Origin: Toensbergia leucococca
Lineage: Eukaryota
Assembly: GCA_022813965.1 (NCBI GenBank)
Contig: JALDZS010000012.1
Span: 62,001 to 126,000 of the forward strand
Direction of reading: 5' to 3'
Length of the DNA: 64,000 bases
Part shown: piece by piece, positions 51,338 to 64,000 of the stretch
Numbering within the stretch: the stretch's first letter is position 1
Layout: each line of letters begins with the position of its first letter
Made by a program: the position numbers and the translations under genes
Notes under the pieces: model-generated
What the model was told of the DNA's origin: nothing
What the model saw: the letters and a program-made list of their open reading frames with translations, nothing else
The model's database searches: none

Positions 51338-51857
51338 TGGAAGTAAGAAGACGAGGGAAATGTTCTACGACGATGATGAATGTCTTTGCAGAACATATCA
51401 AACAACCCAGATTATCTTTGCATAGCTAGCAAGTCATGTGCATATGAGTCACGCGATGTGTTATTCAGATGCAGGATGGAAGTTCTTTGTTTAAGTTCTT
51501 GAAGGCCCAGAAGGTCCGATTCGACTTTTTTTGTTGTCATGTTCGGGAAAGTCCTTCATTCTACCCCACGGTTTCCCCACACTTGTAGATCTGGGCATTA
51601 CACCATCATTCGCCCATCTCCTTATTCATCTTGGGCACAAGGCCCGCTCTCAGGATCCCGAGGCAAGAAAACAAACTGCGGATCAGAAACATCGTCTGAA
51701 TCATCGGAAAAGTAGTCACGCCCCCCAGATCTCTTATCACATTCACCAAACACCAAGTATCTGTCTTGCTTATCCCACACGATTTCATTCTTCATCCAGT
51801 CGACTCCGGCCTATTAAAGGGCAACTCGCCCCGAAATCTTTGGCATCTACTCCATCA

Positions 51858-52163
51858 ATGCCGCAAATCACCGCCCACCACTCTTCCTCGGCCGCTCCTT
51901 TACCTTCACCCTCTACAAACCAGCCCTTGCAATATTTCCCGCCCAAGTCACAGCATCGACACCGAACCTCCCTGTCACACCCTCAACCGCCACAGTCGCA
52001 GCAGCAGGGACGAATCTCGACTGAAAGTGAAATGGCGAGAGGCGGTGCCGACGACTCCACAACAGTGACACCATTCCTGAGGGATCTCAATCTTGTTGCC
52101 GAGGCTGCAAAGAGGGCACAGATGGCAGTCTTAATGAGGGACATGGGAGAGGTGGCGCTGTAG
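51858..52163 (+). CDS. Small hypothetical protein (~101 aa)
   Basis: First in-frame ATG at 51858. The C-terminal PFLRDLNLVAEAAKRAQMAVLMRDM resembles a recurrent motif in small fungal proteins. Confidence 0.6.
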   Translation: MPQITAHHSSSAAPLPSPSTNQPLQYFPPKSQHRHRTSLSHPQPPQSQQQGRISTESEMARGGADDSTTVTPFLRDLNLVAEAAKRAQMAVLMRDMGEVAL

Positions 52164-53994
52164 GTCCGGCGTTAGCTACGAGGAGTAAAGAAGAGACCGA
52201 AGGATCGAACAATAACTAAGTTTTAGACTCATATGAGACTTCAGATTTGAAGATCGGCTGAGTAGTTTCGTACTTTGGTTTTGTCCGGAGGCTGTGTAAC
52301 GCTTGAAAGAAATACGGGACACACGCTATGGTGTTTTTGGGATTTGTCATTTCACCTTTCATCTAGTATTTGGGTATCTTGGCATCATGGCATCTTCATC
52401 GGATCCTACTACGGCGCAAGCTATTGGAGATACAAAATTTGTTTTTATGTGCCTCTTTGGTACTGCTACTGGCTGCTTTCGCTTCGCGAATCTTCTGTAT
52501 CTGCTATGTTCTTTGGATTGTCTATGCTGTCTAGTATGTTGTTTTGGTGGCCAATCTGTCCCTACACTTTCCTGCATCTAGAAAGACATACAGTCATGGC
52601 CAGCCATGAGGCTCTAGAACAAGCTTCACACTACAAGTTATCTTCAAATGCATTGCACGACCTCGTGCCGTCGCACGCCATCTTGAACCTATGAGTACGG
52701 TATGGACCCGCAATCATTTCTTTGACTGAGCTGCAGAAGTCCATGCAAGCCAAGAGAGACGGTCAAAGCGACGAATGATTTAGAAAAGCCAATCTGCACC
52801 ACGAGGCTGGCAGAGACTCAAAGTCGCCAGTGATCGTGGCCTGAAACTTCAGGCACTCAGGCAGACACCCCGCACTTATGCCGCAAAGCGTGGACTACCT
52901 TTCATCATAAATTGACTGGGTGGTACTGACCTTCAAAGTTCAATATGTTAAGCAATCTGATACGACAAAGATTCGTGACGTTATTGTGGAGCCTTGACTG
53001 GGCTCTCTTCGGCATTCAAACGAGGGAGCATTGTCACAGGTCACTATTGTGCAGGTGCAACCCGATGGGATGATGCCACACTCTTCAAGGCTGTCCTACT
53101 AAAGTCATAATACAAAATGTGACACATGGGTACCCTCCAGAGATGCATCTATTAGACTGTGGCTTGCAAAACCGTGGTCTGGTCACAAGCGTAGCTACCC
53201 TCCACTGCTACTCGTACGAGTACGAGCAAGGTCAACAGGCTCCGAGTACACTTCCACCTGTTTTGCATGTGCAACTCAGCTTATAGCATAAGTATAATGA
53301 GAGTGAAATCCGGAATCACGGCCTTGGCTTTTGAGAGGGCAATGGAAGAATAAGGTACTCGATTGACACAGGACTGTCATGAGGCTCAACTGCCGGTTCG
53401 CAAATAATAGGCTGCATTAGTCTTGCAAGGATTGTGATCTATTAAGCGTTGATTGGTGAACGACAAAGAATTCGAGACGTGAGAGCCTCACTCATACGAC
53501 GATGTTAACTTGGTCCCTTACAGCAGTCCTGTGCTTCTACCTTAGCGGAAGACCTAATTACCTTCCTTGAAGCATCCAATAAAAGTACTCTCTAGTAGCC
53601 AGATTCGCTACGACACACACCTTACTGCACCCACCCGAGACTTCCTATCTTACTCCCCATTCTAGAGCCTTTGGCCTCTGCGTTGCGGCTCTGCACCATC
53701 TATAAGAATAGTGGGCTCCAATAGCCCAAGATCTGCCATAGCTTCATGCCTGTCTCGAATCTCTTTTCCTTGGATGCCTTTAGCTACCAACGTGAAAGTT
53801 TTACATTCATTCCTCTAGATTGATTTTTCCGTACTTATTTAGTATCTCATTTTTGCTTGTTGTCTTGGCTTTTCTATAGCTACATTGATCTTGGGAGGCT
53901 GTCTTGATGTTTTCTACACATTCTCATTGTCTGGTGTCCTTGTTTTTCTGTGGCCGTTCAGGAATTTCAGAGTCTAATCATCCGATAATAAGTC

Positions 53995-55929
53995 ATGCAT
54001 AGTGGTATCCTGACGCTGCCCCTTGAGCTTCTAATCAAGATTGTGTTTTATCTGAATTTCCGAGACTTTGTCAGTCTGCAGTCTGTCACGAAAGAGCTAT
54101 TGCAAGCATTAAGGAGCGAGAGCATAAGCCGTGAAATAGTCAAGGTGCGTCAGTAGAGCATATCGTTGGGCCTGTGTGGCGTGTCGGCACATTTATTTAT
54201 CAAGATGATGTAGAGGCACATTTTCTATTCCAAAGAAGCGTCCCTCGCCAAGCAAGGCACAATCACCTATAAGGCAGCCGTAAAGCGCGTATCCAACAGG
54301 AGGGAGGCCTTCGCCGCCAATCAGCCTGACTCAGCATTGCTCCTTGGATGCGGCTCGTCGTTCATTTACCAAGATGGCGTCCTGTGCTATCTGTACCACG
54401 ATCACATACGCATCCTCGATGTTCACGCACCTACCGACGTCGAGCACATCATCGACCTCCACTGCATCAACAGCCAAATTTGGGAATCCTACGACTGTTA
54501 TACCCACGTCGAACTCCTGCACTACCACAACAGTGTTCTCGCTTTCTCCTATACATTAAACGAGTCAGATTCGATATCCCGGCTCGTCGCCGTAGACACC
54601 CACGCCAGCACCCCTATCGCAAAACGAATACTTCTCGTTGTCAGCTATCCTCAAACGTCCAAAACCTTCGTCAGGCACGACTCGTGCCACCTTTTCCTGG
54701 GCCTGCACAACGGTATCGGCCAGAACAGCCACCGCCACGAATGGGTCCTCCAGCCCTACGACCTGAGCACCAGCCTCCCCTTACCTCCGCTCCAACTGCC
54801 AAACCTCTTCGGCACTGACATCGGCCAAGTCGTCGCTTTCGAAATCCACGACAACCACTTCTACGCCATCTCCACGCAATCGACGTACGAGCTCGAAGAA
54901 ATTGATTGGACGTCCTACTACCACTGCTACCGCTTCCCAACTCACTCGCCCTCCGAATCTAGCCTCCAAATCACCCGTATCTGGCGCCGTCAGCACCGCG
55001 AAGGCCCTATCAACGACTCCTGGACAGACCTGGCCCTGCACAGTGACGACTGTACCGGCACTCTCCTAATCAGCGAATGCCGGCGTGAATGGCTCCACGG
55101 CCTCAGCACCCAAAAAAGAACCTACTACACCCAACCACTCCTCTTCCCCCCTCCCAATGTCATCTCAGATCCTGCCTCCTCCAACTCAACAACGACCTCC
55201 GTTCCGTCCACCCAACTCGCCTCCCTCCCCGCCAACGACCGCCTAGTCCGTACCCTCGACGAAACCAACAAACCTCAATACGAACCGCCGCACCACCGCC
55301 CTCCTTGCTCCTCACACCCAGAATGCTCCCTCCACACCCAAGCACCGCACACATTTCTCCTCGCCAAAACAAAACACAGAGCCTACAACCCCACCAGCGC
55401 CGCCTTCCTCGACCTCGTCCAAGACAACGCCCACCTACGCCTCCGCATCGGTTCCCGCCACCCCGCCTCGCCCCTTAATCCCACCACCGGCCTTCTGCAC
55501 CTCCCGCTCGTAGACGAAGCCACCGGGGTAGCTATCGAGGGCAGCGAGGAGAAATTTATCGATGGCGGTGTGCGGATGTGGCCGGCTGCGGAGGCGCCGC
55601 TGGAACTGCAGCAGTTACTTGGTGCGGGTGGGGGCGTGGAGGTAGATGTAGCGTCTGATGAGCGGTCTATTGTCTGGATGGCGGGGGAGGGGAATGAGAG
55701 GGGAATCGTGCTTGTTAGTTTTGATGGGGGCATGAGGTTTGGGGGTTTGAGGAAGATGGGGCTTGTGGCGGCCGGACTTGAGGAGGATGTAGTGCTGGGG
55801 GTGGAGGGGAAAGGAAAGGGGAGGGATGGTGGGAGCGCGGGAGGGCGGGTTGGGGACGGGAGTGAGGGGGAGTGGTTTTGGAAGGAAAGAGCTATGTGGG
55901 TGGGGTTGAAGAAAGGGTTTCGCTTTTGA
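53995..55929 (+). CDS. F-box domain protein
   Basis: Exon 1 MHSGILTLPLELLIKIVFYLNFRDFVSL (F-box-like); intron ~54145-54213. Then EEIDWTSYYHC, WRRQHREGPINDSWTDL, ECRREW motifs. Confidence 0.82.
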
Positions 55930-56335
55930 GGGCATTACTTGTGAGAAGTGTAAAGGATATGCTGACTGACAAAAGAAGCATATTTTCATAAGCAGAGAGA
56001 AAGAAAACTAGAGTGAGTTTGGAAAGCCTCTAGTCTGCCTCAATGGACGGAGTATGACTTCTTTTTCGTAGGATTGAGAGAAATGGAACTAATCATAATC
56101 AAACACTTGCGACTTACGAAATCAAGATCAACACTCGTTAGAATACGAATAGTTGTCCTCGTAGAGCATGCGTAGTATATCGTGAATCTATGTGCACTAA
56201 CACCACGATATCCTTGAGCGGGGATTTGCACTTGAAAGTAAAGCCAAGGCACCCAGTGTGTACCTTCAGATCAAGAGCCACTGTAATTTCCTCAGGGCAG
56301 TGCCAGCATTTCAATCACCCTACCTGTCCATCGCA

Positions 56336-57996
56336 ATGTTGGAAGCCTCTGTCCATGTCGGCCATAGCAGAGTGCACCACCTCCCTCTGAACGGAAGAGC
56401 CAAACATTATGTTTACCTCAATGAGCAGGAGACTGATGGTGATGTGCGTATTGAATTCAAGAAACAAGGAGACAAAAGGGGTGGGCATGCAGCAATTCTC
56501 CGTATGTCGATCCCTAACTAGAATAGAATATTCTAGTGTCGCTGGCCCGATTTTCGGATCACGCTCATTTCCCCTCAGATGCCTTTCCCGCCGTCATTTT
56601 CCTCGAGGCTGTCACATCAACAGTAGCCATCCTGCCACCGGAGACCATTTCAAGCCGTGACGAGTCTCAGGCACTATTACACATACTACCATCCGATGAA
56701 GAACGAATCCTCTGGATTCAGCTTCGGTCACAGGATGTCTTCCGCATCGGGAAGACCGTGCTCACTTTACAAATCCAAGAAGTCGAGGTAACTCAATCGA
56801 TAGCAGATGAAGTGCCTAGAGACATAGCAGGCAGTAACATCGATACCTTGTATGAAAATACTGATTGCCAAGAAGTCTTTTGTGGTGTTCGAGCTCAAAG
56901 CCGTCCCGAGAGAGCCCGTAACACCAACGCTCAGGATTACAGCAAGCAAGACGCCTTTCCAGACGAAGAAACTCGTCTTGTTCCTGCTAACCCAAATTTG
57001 GACAATAATGATACCCAGAATAGCGTGCGACGCGATGGAGATATGCTCCTGGAAGCCGCTGGTGTCGAAAGTCAGCAGACCGACGATCTATGTGATCAAC
57101 GAAAGGACGTTTGCATGGAGGATGATCTAGAGCAGGACAGCATGGAAAGCACAATACAAGTACAACCATCCTCGAAAACCAAACGTGAGCTCGTCGCGAC
57201 CCCTCTCGGCAGGCGAAGATCCGAGTCATCACATCAATCAACTGAGGCGAGTCACACTTCTACGAGAACGACGAGGCCAATTGCGGAGGCGGATTTAGAC
57301 AGTCTGTCATCCTCAACAGACTCAAGAGCACGCATTTTATTTGCCAGCTCCACAGATGTAGATACGTTTCCACGGCACATGAAATTCCTTCAAAAGCACG
57401 GAGCCAAGAAAGCAGACTCTATGGACACGTGCACTATGCTATGTGTAGGCAAAGGCGCAGAGCTCAAGAGGACCGGGAAACTCGTGCTAGCCATAGCCGG
57501 CGGAAAGGACGTGGTCAACGACGAATGGATCACTGCGAGTTTCAAGGAGGGAAGGCTGCTGGATCCGAGGGATTATCTCGCAAAGGATCCGGTGCGAGAA
57601 AAGCAATGGGGCATCAAGCTTGATGAGGCTGTCGAAAGAGGCAGAGAAGGTAGGAAGGCTTTGCTAGGGGAGAAGATCGTCTTCACTCGTTCAATCAAGA
57701 AAGAGCTCGGGAAAGGGTTCGTTGAGCTGAAGGAGATTGCTTTGTATGCCGGTGCGGAATCCGTTCAAATTTGCCCATCCTTCAAGAAGGCCAAGGACTT
57801 GGCAGGCTCGGTGGTTATTGCAAGCGAGGGCGATAACGACTTGCTCGCCCTGAAAGATATAAGCGTCAGAGTGTACAGCAAGGACATCATCACCTTGAGT
57901 GTTCTTCGGGGGTTCATTGACTTGAAAAGCGACGAGTTTTTGATCGATCTGAGCAGAGGCAGTCAGGAAAGCGGGAGCAGGAAACGAAAGCGCTGA
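56336..57996 (+). CDS. Tandem-BRCT domain protein (DNA-damage mediator-like)
   Basis: Probable intron ending at 56526. C-terminal BRCT pair (LCVGKG..LKRTGKLVLAIAGGKDVVNDEWI; YSKDIITLSVLRG) and terminal NLS RKRKR. The start is tentative. Confidence 0.75.
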
Positions 57997-58341
57997 TTTT
58001 GCGACCTTCCAAGGGCGAGCAGAGCTGAGCATGCGTTACCAGGCGCTTTTACGGTCCATGATACCCCAGAGCCTTTGCTACCTTTAAATTACCTAGATAT
58101 CAATTTTAGGTATACTTCGCTCACATTACAGCCTCTATACTGAAGAGTCTTTACTGACCGTTCTTCGTCACCACCATCACCACTGCACAACCCCCTTTCA
58201 CTTTCCCCCTCTTACTCAAGGGAAGTTGGAACATCAGGATCAATTCTTGCAGACAATTAAATAGGTTTCAAAAAAGAAAAACCACAAAAAAAGGCATCTG
58301 TCCCCCAAGTAAACCCCGGGCCAGACAAAAACAACTAAACC

Positions 58342-59126
58342 CTACTGCTTCCCGCCCTCCTTATCAATATCCGCCGCCGCGCTCCGCTGCAACATCTTGC
58401 CCCCGTCATGCATGGTCTTGTACCTCTCCTCGCCCTCCTCATCGCCCATCAGCCCCGCCACCACTCCGCCCACAGCACCTTTGGCTCTATCACCTACCCG
58501 GGAAGAAAACAAGCGATGTGTTAGCGAAAAGCGATCAGTGACATATTTCCCGATAGACCTAGTCCCCATTCCAAAAATCCAACCGAACAAAACACAATCT
58601 CAAAATCCCCCCCGCCCCTCTCTCTCTCTCTCAAAAAAAACCAAAAACCAAAAACAAGGGTAAAAATGTTGCCAAAAAAAAAAAAAAAAAACTCACCAGC
58701 CCCGCCCCCCAAATCACTCAACATGCCCCTCGCCTCCATCTCCTTCCCGGCCCGATTCTGCTCAATGCCCGCCTGGCGCACGCCCTCCGCACCGACAAGC
58801 TTACCCACAGACTCCTTGGCCGAGCCGACCGTCTGATCCCAGCTTCCCTGGGCGCGATCGGGGTTATCTTGCGCGACGGTGGTGCCCGAGGGGGAGAGGG
58901 AGAAGGGGCCGAGTTTGGAGATGGGGCCGTCGTCTTTGGAGTGGGTTTCCTGTGGGGTTGGTTGGGGGTTAGCCAATATTTTTTTTTAAAGGTGGGGGTG
59001 GGGGAGGGGAGAGTGCGGTACGTTTTTCGAGGTGGAGGCTGTGCCGGTTAGGGATTCGTAAGCGGATTTTCCGGCGTCGATGGCAGAGTCGAGGTAGGAT
59101 TTTTGAGGGGGGGAGGTGGAGGACAT
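58342..59126 (-). CDS. CsbD-like / Hmp1-like hydrophilic stress protein, 3 exons
   Basis: MSSTSPPQKSYLDSA...; GSWDQTVGSAKESVGKLVGAEGVRQAGIEQNRAGKEMEARG; DRAKGAVGG...MHDGGK...DIDK. Confidence 0.8.
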
Positions 59127-59802
59127 TTTTTTTGGTTTGGGTTGGGTGAAGAGGTGCTGTGGGATGTGTGTGAGAGAGAATCCAAGAGTGAGGCTGATTG
59201 ATGGGGAGAGAGTTGGCGAGGTTGGTGGGGGATTTTGTTTTGGTGGGGCAGCTTTTTTTGGTGATGGGTTTCCCGGGAGCCAGATGATGAACGCGCATGG
59301 ACATTTGGTCAAGCGCGGGGTGATCACAATCACCTTTTTACCTCTTTAGGGCATAATAGTCGCACGATATCGCCAAGGTATGAATTCAATCTGCCCAATC
59401 ATATTGGGTTATTGTATGATGATTTCTCGGCTAGGAGACGCTAGCTTTTTGTCATGTTCGTGCTGGAGTCATAATCTCATATTAGGTTCGATTCCTAATG
59501 GCGCTGGTACAATGGTGTAGTGGGTTTTGTGTTCTCTTATGTTGACCTGCAGAATTGCCTATCCAGCAGGTTGCTAATCTAGCCATCCGTCGTAGATTGC
59601 TGTCTTCGCTCTCTATTCAAGCTCATTTTCTCCCCCTAAATTGTCTATTCAATGGGCAAGCCACGGTCAAACCTCCGTCACCACCTCCCAGACCCAGCTC
59701 CCAAGCGCTCCTCGCTAAAATGCAAAGATGATCCACCTCCCATATTCCAAAGCTTCCATCAAGCTCAAACGAAACAAAGCTTTTCCACCCCCCCGCCATC
59801 AC

Positions 59803-61346
59803 TCACCAATGACACAATCCCCCTTCACTATCATCCATCGCCCACGTCCCCGCTAAGCCCACAATCTCCATCTCACCATCCGCATGCTCCCCCATCTTCC
59901 CCAGTGCCGCGAAATTCGCTCCCCCGTCCGCGGGGCCGTTACTCAGCAGGCGCCTGGCCCAGGCATCAATGGCCGGCTCGCCCGTCTCGTCGCGCGCTTG
60001 CTTGAGGAAAGGGATGAGGGCTGTACCGCCAGTGCCACGGAGCTTTCTATTTCTGTTGCTGGGTGCCTGGTCGCCTTCTTTTTTGTTGGCGTGGTGGGCG
60101 TTGGCGAGATTCAGGGGTTGCGGGGCGGCGCGGGGAGATATGGAGCGCGAGTGGGAGCGTGATTCTTGCGATTTGACGATTATATACCGCGAGACCATTT
60201 GGATATGTTTGTCGCGGAGGGCGCGGAGCATAGCTAGGCAGGCGTCGTAGGCGATGCTCAGTGCGCGGTTAGAACGGTGGCAGTTGACGTAGTCACGGGT
60301 GTTGGCTACATTGGAGACGTGTTCGAGGAAGCGTCGGTGAGGCCCAGGCATGTAGGAACGCATCTCTTGGATGAAGTTATGGTGGGAGGGAGGGGCGGTG
60401 CCTTCGCGCTCGCTTTCGGAGCTGTCAGTTCGTCGTTCGCCTGTGGGGCGGTGCTCGACGCCGAGGACGATGTCGAAGAATTGAATGAGGGAGCTTTGAG
60501 CGTTGCTACCGCCGCCGTATTGGGTGTATTTTGCTTGGCCGGTGCCGTCTTCGTATATGACGCCGTTGGGGAGGCCGGCGTCAGCCATGTTTTTGCTTCC
60601 GGCTAGGAAAGGACGTATGCGGTGGTAAAAGACGTGAGGGTCGCAATTCTCGTACATTCGCTGGAGGAGGGTGCCTAGTTCGTCTAGCCTTTCAGCGAAT
60701 GTGTGCAGGCATTCGGTCACGGTTCTGCTGTCGTTGATACGGGCGGCTGCAATGGCGTTGAGCATGAGGGGAATTATTGGGGCCCCTCGAGCTTCGATGG
60801 CTACCGAAATTAGGTAGAACCATGATTCATCGAGTGAGCCGGTAAAAGTAGCTAGTGTGGAGAGGTTTGAGAGGCTGTCCATGGGCTCGTCTGGAAACAT
60901 GGGTCTAAAGTTCCATAAGCAGGTACCAGCGTAGGTTGCAACTGGTGGTACTTCGAGGTATCTGGATATCTGGAGGAAAGGAATGGAAATTGGTGGCGGG
61001 ATTCTCTGTACGCCCGATCAGTCAGATTAAGGTGCACTATCCGGAGAGAGTCTACTTCTTCAGGTTTATCTCCACCCCAGATATAAGCATGCATTGTGAA
61101 AGCCAAAAGCATGTACGCCCTCCGCCACTCGGCTGGATGCTGTAGTCTTGAGGTTGAGAGAACGGGTGAAGAGTCGACTATTCCCCGGAGGCGCTTGCTT
61201 AAGAGCAGAGCCTGCATGTTTGCCACCACTGTCTCCCATCGATTGTAGTAAGGGTCTGGGAGGAGGTCCAAGGGAAGCTCTCTTGGAAGGAACCCATATT
61301 CTGGGGAAATGCCATATTCATCTAAGAGAGGAAGGGGTGGGATCAT
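59803..61346 (-). CDS. BNA2: Indoleamine 2,3-dioxygenase
   Basis: YGFLP, HAYIWGG, DESWFYLIS, IRPFLAGSK, GGGSNAQSSLIQFFD, MRSYMPGPHR, heme His (RDKHIQMV), GTGGT. Intron 61006-61055. Confidence 0.94.
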
Positions 61347-62488
61347 ATCAGATCTCAAGAAGTAGCCAGCAGTGATGTTATGCAGGATAAAGCTATATAC
61401 CACGAGGCTGGGCTTTGCCCTCGTTCAGCAGGTGTCAAAGAAAGGTGTTCCAGTGTTGTGGTGGACAGATCAAAGCGGTGGACTTCTATGACGACAAGTT
61501 GATTATGGTGGGCAATAATAATTAGCGGAAAAGGTAATATATACAGGTAAAGCAAGTGGACAAGTAAATGAGAAAGATATCAAGAAAAATGGGAAGATGG
61601 AAGGGTAAGGAAAAGGAAAAGGAAGGGTAAAATGTCGGGTGTGGTACAGTTGACACACGACAATGTTACTTCGAATAAGAGAGATCTCATAAGGTATCCG
61701 GATATCTCTGGTGAGAAAGCATCATCATCGAGCTATTTAGCGCGGCAGATGCCCCACTAAAGCTCCGCCGGGCATGGGAACTGGGAAGCAGTCCTTGGGC
61801 CTTACGAGCTTACCGTTTACCTACCTAGTCCTTCAACCTTTGTCCTCGTGCCCGAGGACAAGAGTCAATCTAATCCTCCGGCATCGGTCTACCTCAAATT
61901 CCGGATAAAGGGATGTGCTTCTCTCGGTCAAAGTTCAAGTTAATGATTCGAGGACAGTAGACACCGGTAGCTTCTACCTTGGCTTGAGAGAGTCCTCGAA
62001 GTAGCTCTTCGTGGTAGCTCTCCTCCTCGGCATTGGGGTCGTGATGCATGAACATAAAAGTCCGTAGAATGCTTGTACTGGCAATGTAATCCATAGGAAT
62101 AATGATGCCATCGAGTATCGATGGTTCGAACTACTTGATTATAGGTGGAGATGAAGTTGAATGTGAGGAGATAAGAAGCTCATCGTAGCTAACTCGTGCA
62201 CGGCTTTCATGCAGGGCATATTATTGTGCAACCTCGACCCTTTTGACCGTTTTAATTCTATAAATGATTCCAATGGTAATCATCCTTCCTTTCAGCCACT
62301 AAAGCATTCTTCTTTCTGAAAAACCAAAAGTGGCCCTTTGCCATCCTTGCTGATCCTAGACCTGCTTGTAATTGGTGCGACTATCTATTGACTCCTGCAA
62401 GCACCTTGACATGCACTCTTGCATTACGATACGTAAAGCATAATATCTAGTCCAATCGACACAGATCTCTCACCCTGAAGAACCCTCA

Positions 62489-64000
62489 TCAGTCCCATCT
62501 CTCTTCAACCAATCCCATTCCTTTCGCAATCTTCTTGACCAGTGCCTTCTTCATCAATTCCTCCCGTGCTAAGCTCCTCGTTTGCTGTTCCAGTTATATC
62601 AATCAGCCCCATCACTCCGTATGATGAGAAGCATGCGCACTCACCTTTGCCCAGACATCCCCACCAACCCTACCCCCATATAATGCTCTGCTCAATACAG
62701 ACCTACATTCCTCCAAACTTCTCTCATCAGCTACAACGTCGTATAGCTGCCCAGCTACCACTGTCGGTGCCACTAAAACCTCGTCCACTCCAGGCACTTT
62801 CCTATGCTTTGCCTCCTCCATTACATTATCCGCGTCGCGCATCGCTTTGTGAAGGATGGCTTCGTTTGAAGATAGGAGAGATTCTAGCTGCCGGAGCTGG
62901 GATATCTCGTTGTTGACTGATGCTAGTGTGCTGTTGAGTGCCGTTTCTTGAGCTTGTAGCGCCGGTAAGGCGGCCTGATTATCTTCGTAGATTTGTTGCA
63001 CTTGCTGCGTCAAAGTTGCTGAGATGGCCCGAAGTAAGGCATCTTTCTCGGGATTGGGAGGAACCGGGGGAGCCGGTATATCTTTAGACTGAGTAGGAAG
63101 AACCATGTCAAAAGGGGAGGTGAGGAGGTCTTGTGGTGGTGCGGGCTTGGACGCTCGAGGCTGTCGAACAGGATTATGCGGACTGTGGGAGTTCAAATGA
63201 TAAGGTTGCGGCTGAGATTGTGATTGACTATATTGATTGAATTGATTTTGAGCTGCATTTGGCTGTGGACCCCCTCCTGGAAGCGGTGGCGCTATCTCTT
63301 GACTGATGTATTGGGTTTGAGAAGGTTGTCTTGCATTGTGAGGAGGAAATCTGATCTGGTGAGGTACAGGTGCGATGGGACTAACGGGACTATAGGGACG
63401 TTGCTGATGACCTAGACCTACAGATTGTCGAGACTGATAATCAGATGGATTTGGTGGAAGATTAGTTCTTAAGCTACTTTCCTTTTGAGGCCTATATTGG
63501 TGCATAGGCTCGGAAACCCCAGTGAAGCCGTTCTGAAAGCTTTCTGGCGAAAACTGATAGCGATTGTCTGGCTTGACAGGGAGTGGCGGAAGTGGTGGAG
63601 CTCCATTCACTTGGACTGGCTGAGATTGACTCTGTGTGTCATAAGGTTTTGGGGGAGGTGGCGGAGGCCCACTTTGAGAGCCTGAATAAAGACGAGATGG
63701 TTTAAATCTAGATTCTGGCCTCCCTAGTTCAGGAGGTAATGGAGGTAATGGTGGAGGCACTGAAACAATTGTCTGCTCGTGTCTTGAAACAACAGGTGGC
63801 TCTCGTGCAAAGACGTCTTGCAGTACAGACAGCAAGGTCAGAATATTAGATCGCTACAATCATGAGTTAGCTTGGAATCTGGGAAGGATTTAGATACGAA
63901 AATACAGACGTGCACTTCTGCTACCTGTGGAATTACAGAAGGAAACTCACATCTTGTCTCCAGCCAGCTAAAAAGGGGTGAAATATCCGTCCTTCTCCAC
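62489..64000 (-). CDS. VPS23: ESCRT-I subunit Vps23/TSG101 (5' end outside window)
   Basis: UEV end (GRIFHPFLAGW...DVFAREPP), Pro-rich linker, coiled coil, and steadiness box (VDEVLVAPTVVAGQLYD...TRSLAREE..KKALVKKIAKGMGL). Confidence 0.92.

Noticed and set aside
52200..53900. 1.7-kb intergenic region with short ORFs and the small palindrome ctcgtacgag
   Set aside because: No recognisable product, and the palindrome is short enough to occur by chance.
59481..59499. tRNA T-arm-like hairpin attaGGTTCGATTCCtaat
   Set aside because: No convincing D-arm (no GG) or anticodon arm could be folded upstream and the spacing is short. At best a relic; tRNAscan-SE would settle it.
38647..61346. trpC and IDO as a tryptophan gene cluster
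   Set aside because: They are ~19 kb apart and separated by unrelated housekeeping genes (NUP188, MNN9, NFS1, F-box).
61894..62094. 66-aa ORF upstream of IDO
   Set aside because: No motif or splice support.
1..64000. CRISPR arrays, rRNA, prokaryotic operons; many antisense ORFs in the track
   Set aside because: The sequence is eukaryotic with spliceosomal introns, and no repeat-spacer array or rRNA motif was seen. The antisense ORFs are shadows of real genes, inflated by skewed composition.

Overview
Gene-dense, intron-containing genomic DNA from a filamentous ascomycete (Pezizomycotina). The composition is compatible with a lichen-forming lineage, but that is inference. About 21 intact host genes can be reconstructed by hand-splicing: fRMsr, a GH72 glucanosyltransferase, an NCS1 uracil permease, a C2H2 transcription factor, a SAM methyltransferase, PLC1, IMP4, UPF1, a peroxiredoxin-like protein, a BRCT-WGR-like protein, trifunctional trpC, NUP188, MNN9, NFS1, an F-box protein, a tandem-BRCT protein, a CsbD-like protein, IDO, a partial VPS23 and three hypotheticals. 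One accessory island (~4.4-11.2 kb) is a graveyard of decayed sequences. It holds a divergent histone H3/CenH3-like pseudogene that the ORF track misses, an HNH-nuclease-family fragment, two paralogous Zn2Cys6-like relics, and Ty3/Gypsy gag, integrase, LTR and RT pieces, with the RT ending in a 50-bp foldback hairpin. Other oddities are a 5-nt microexon, a GC-AG intron and repeated G/T-to-C/A strand-skew flips centred on intergenic regions. All calls come from manual translation and recalled family motifs; no database searches were run.
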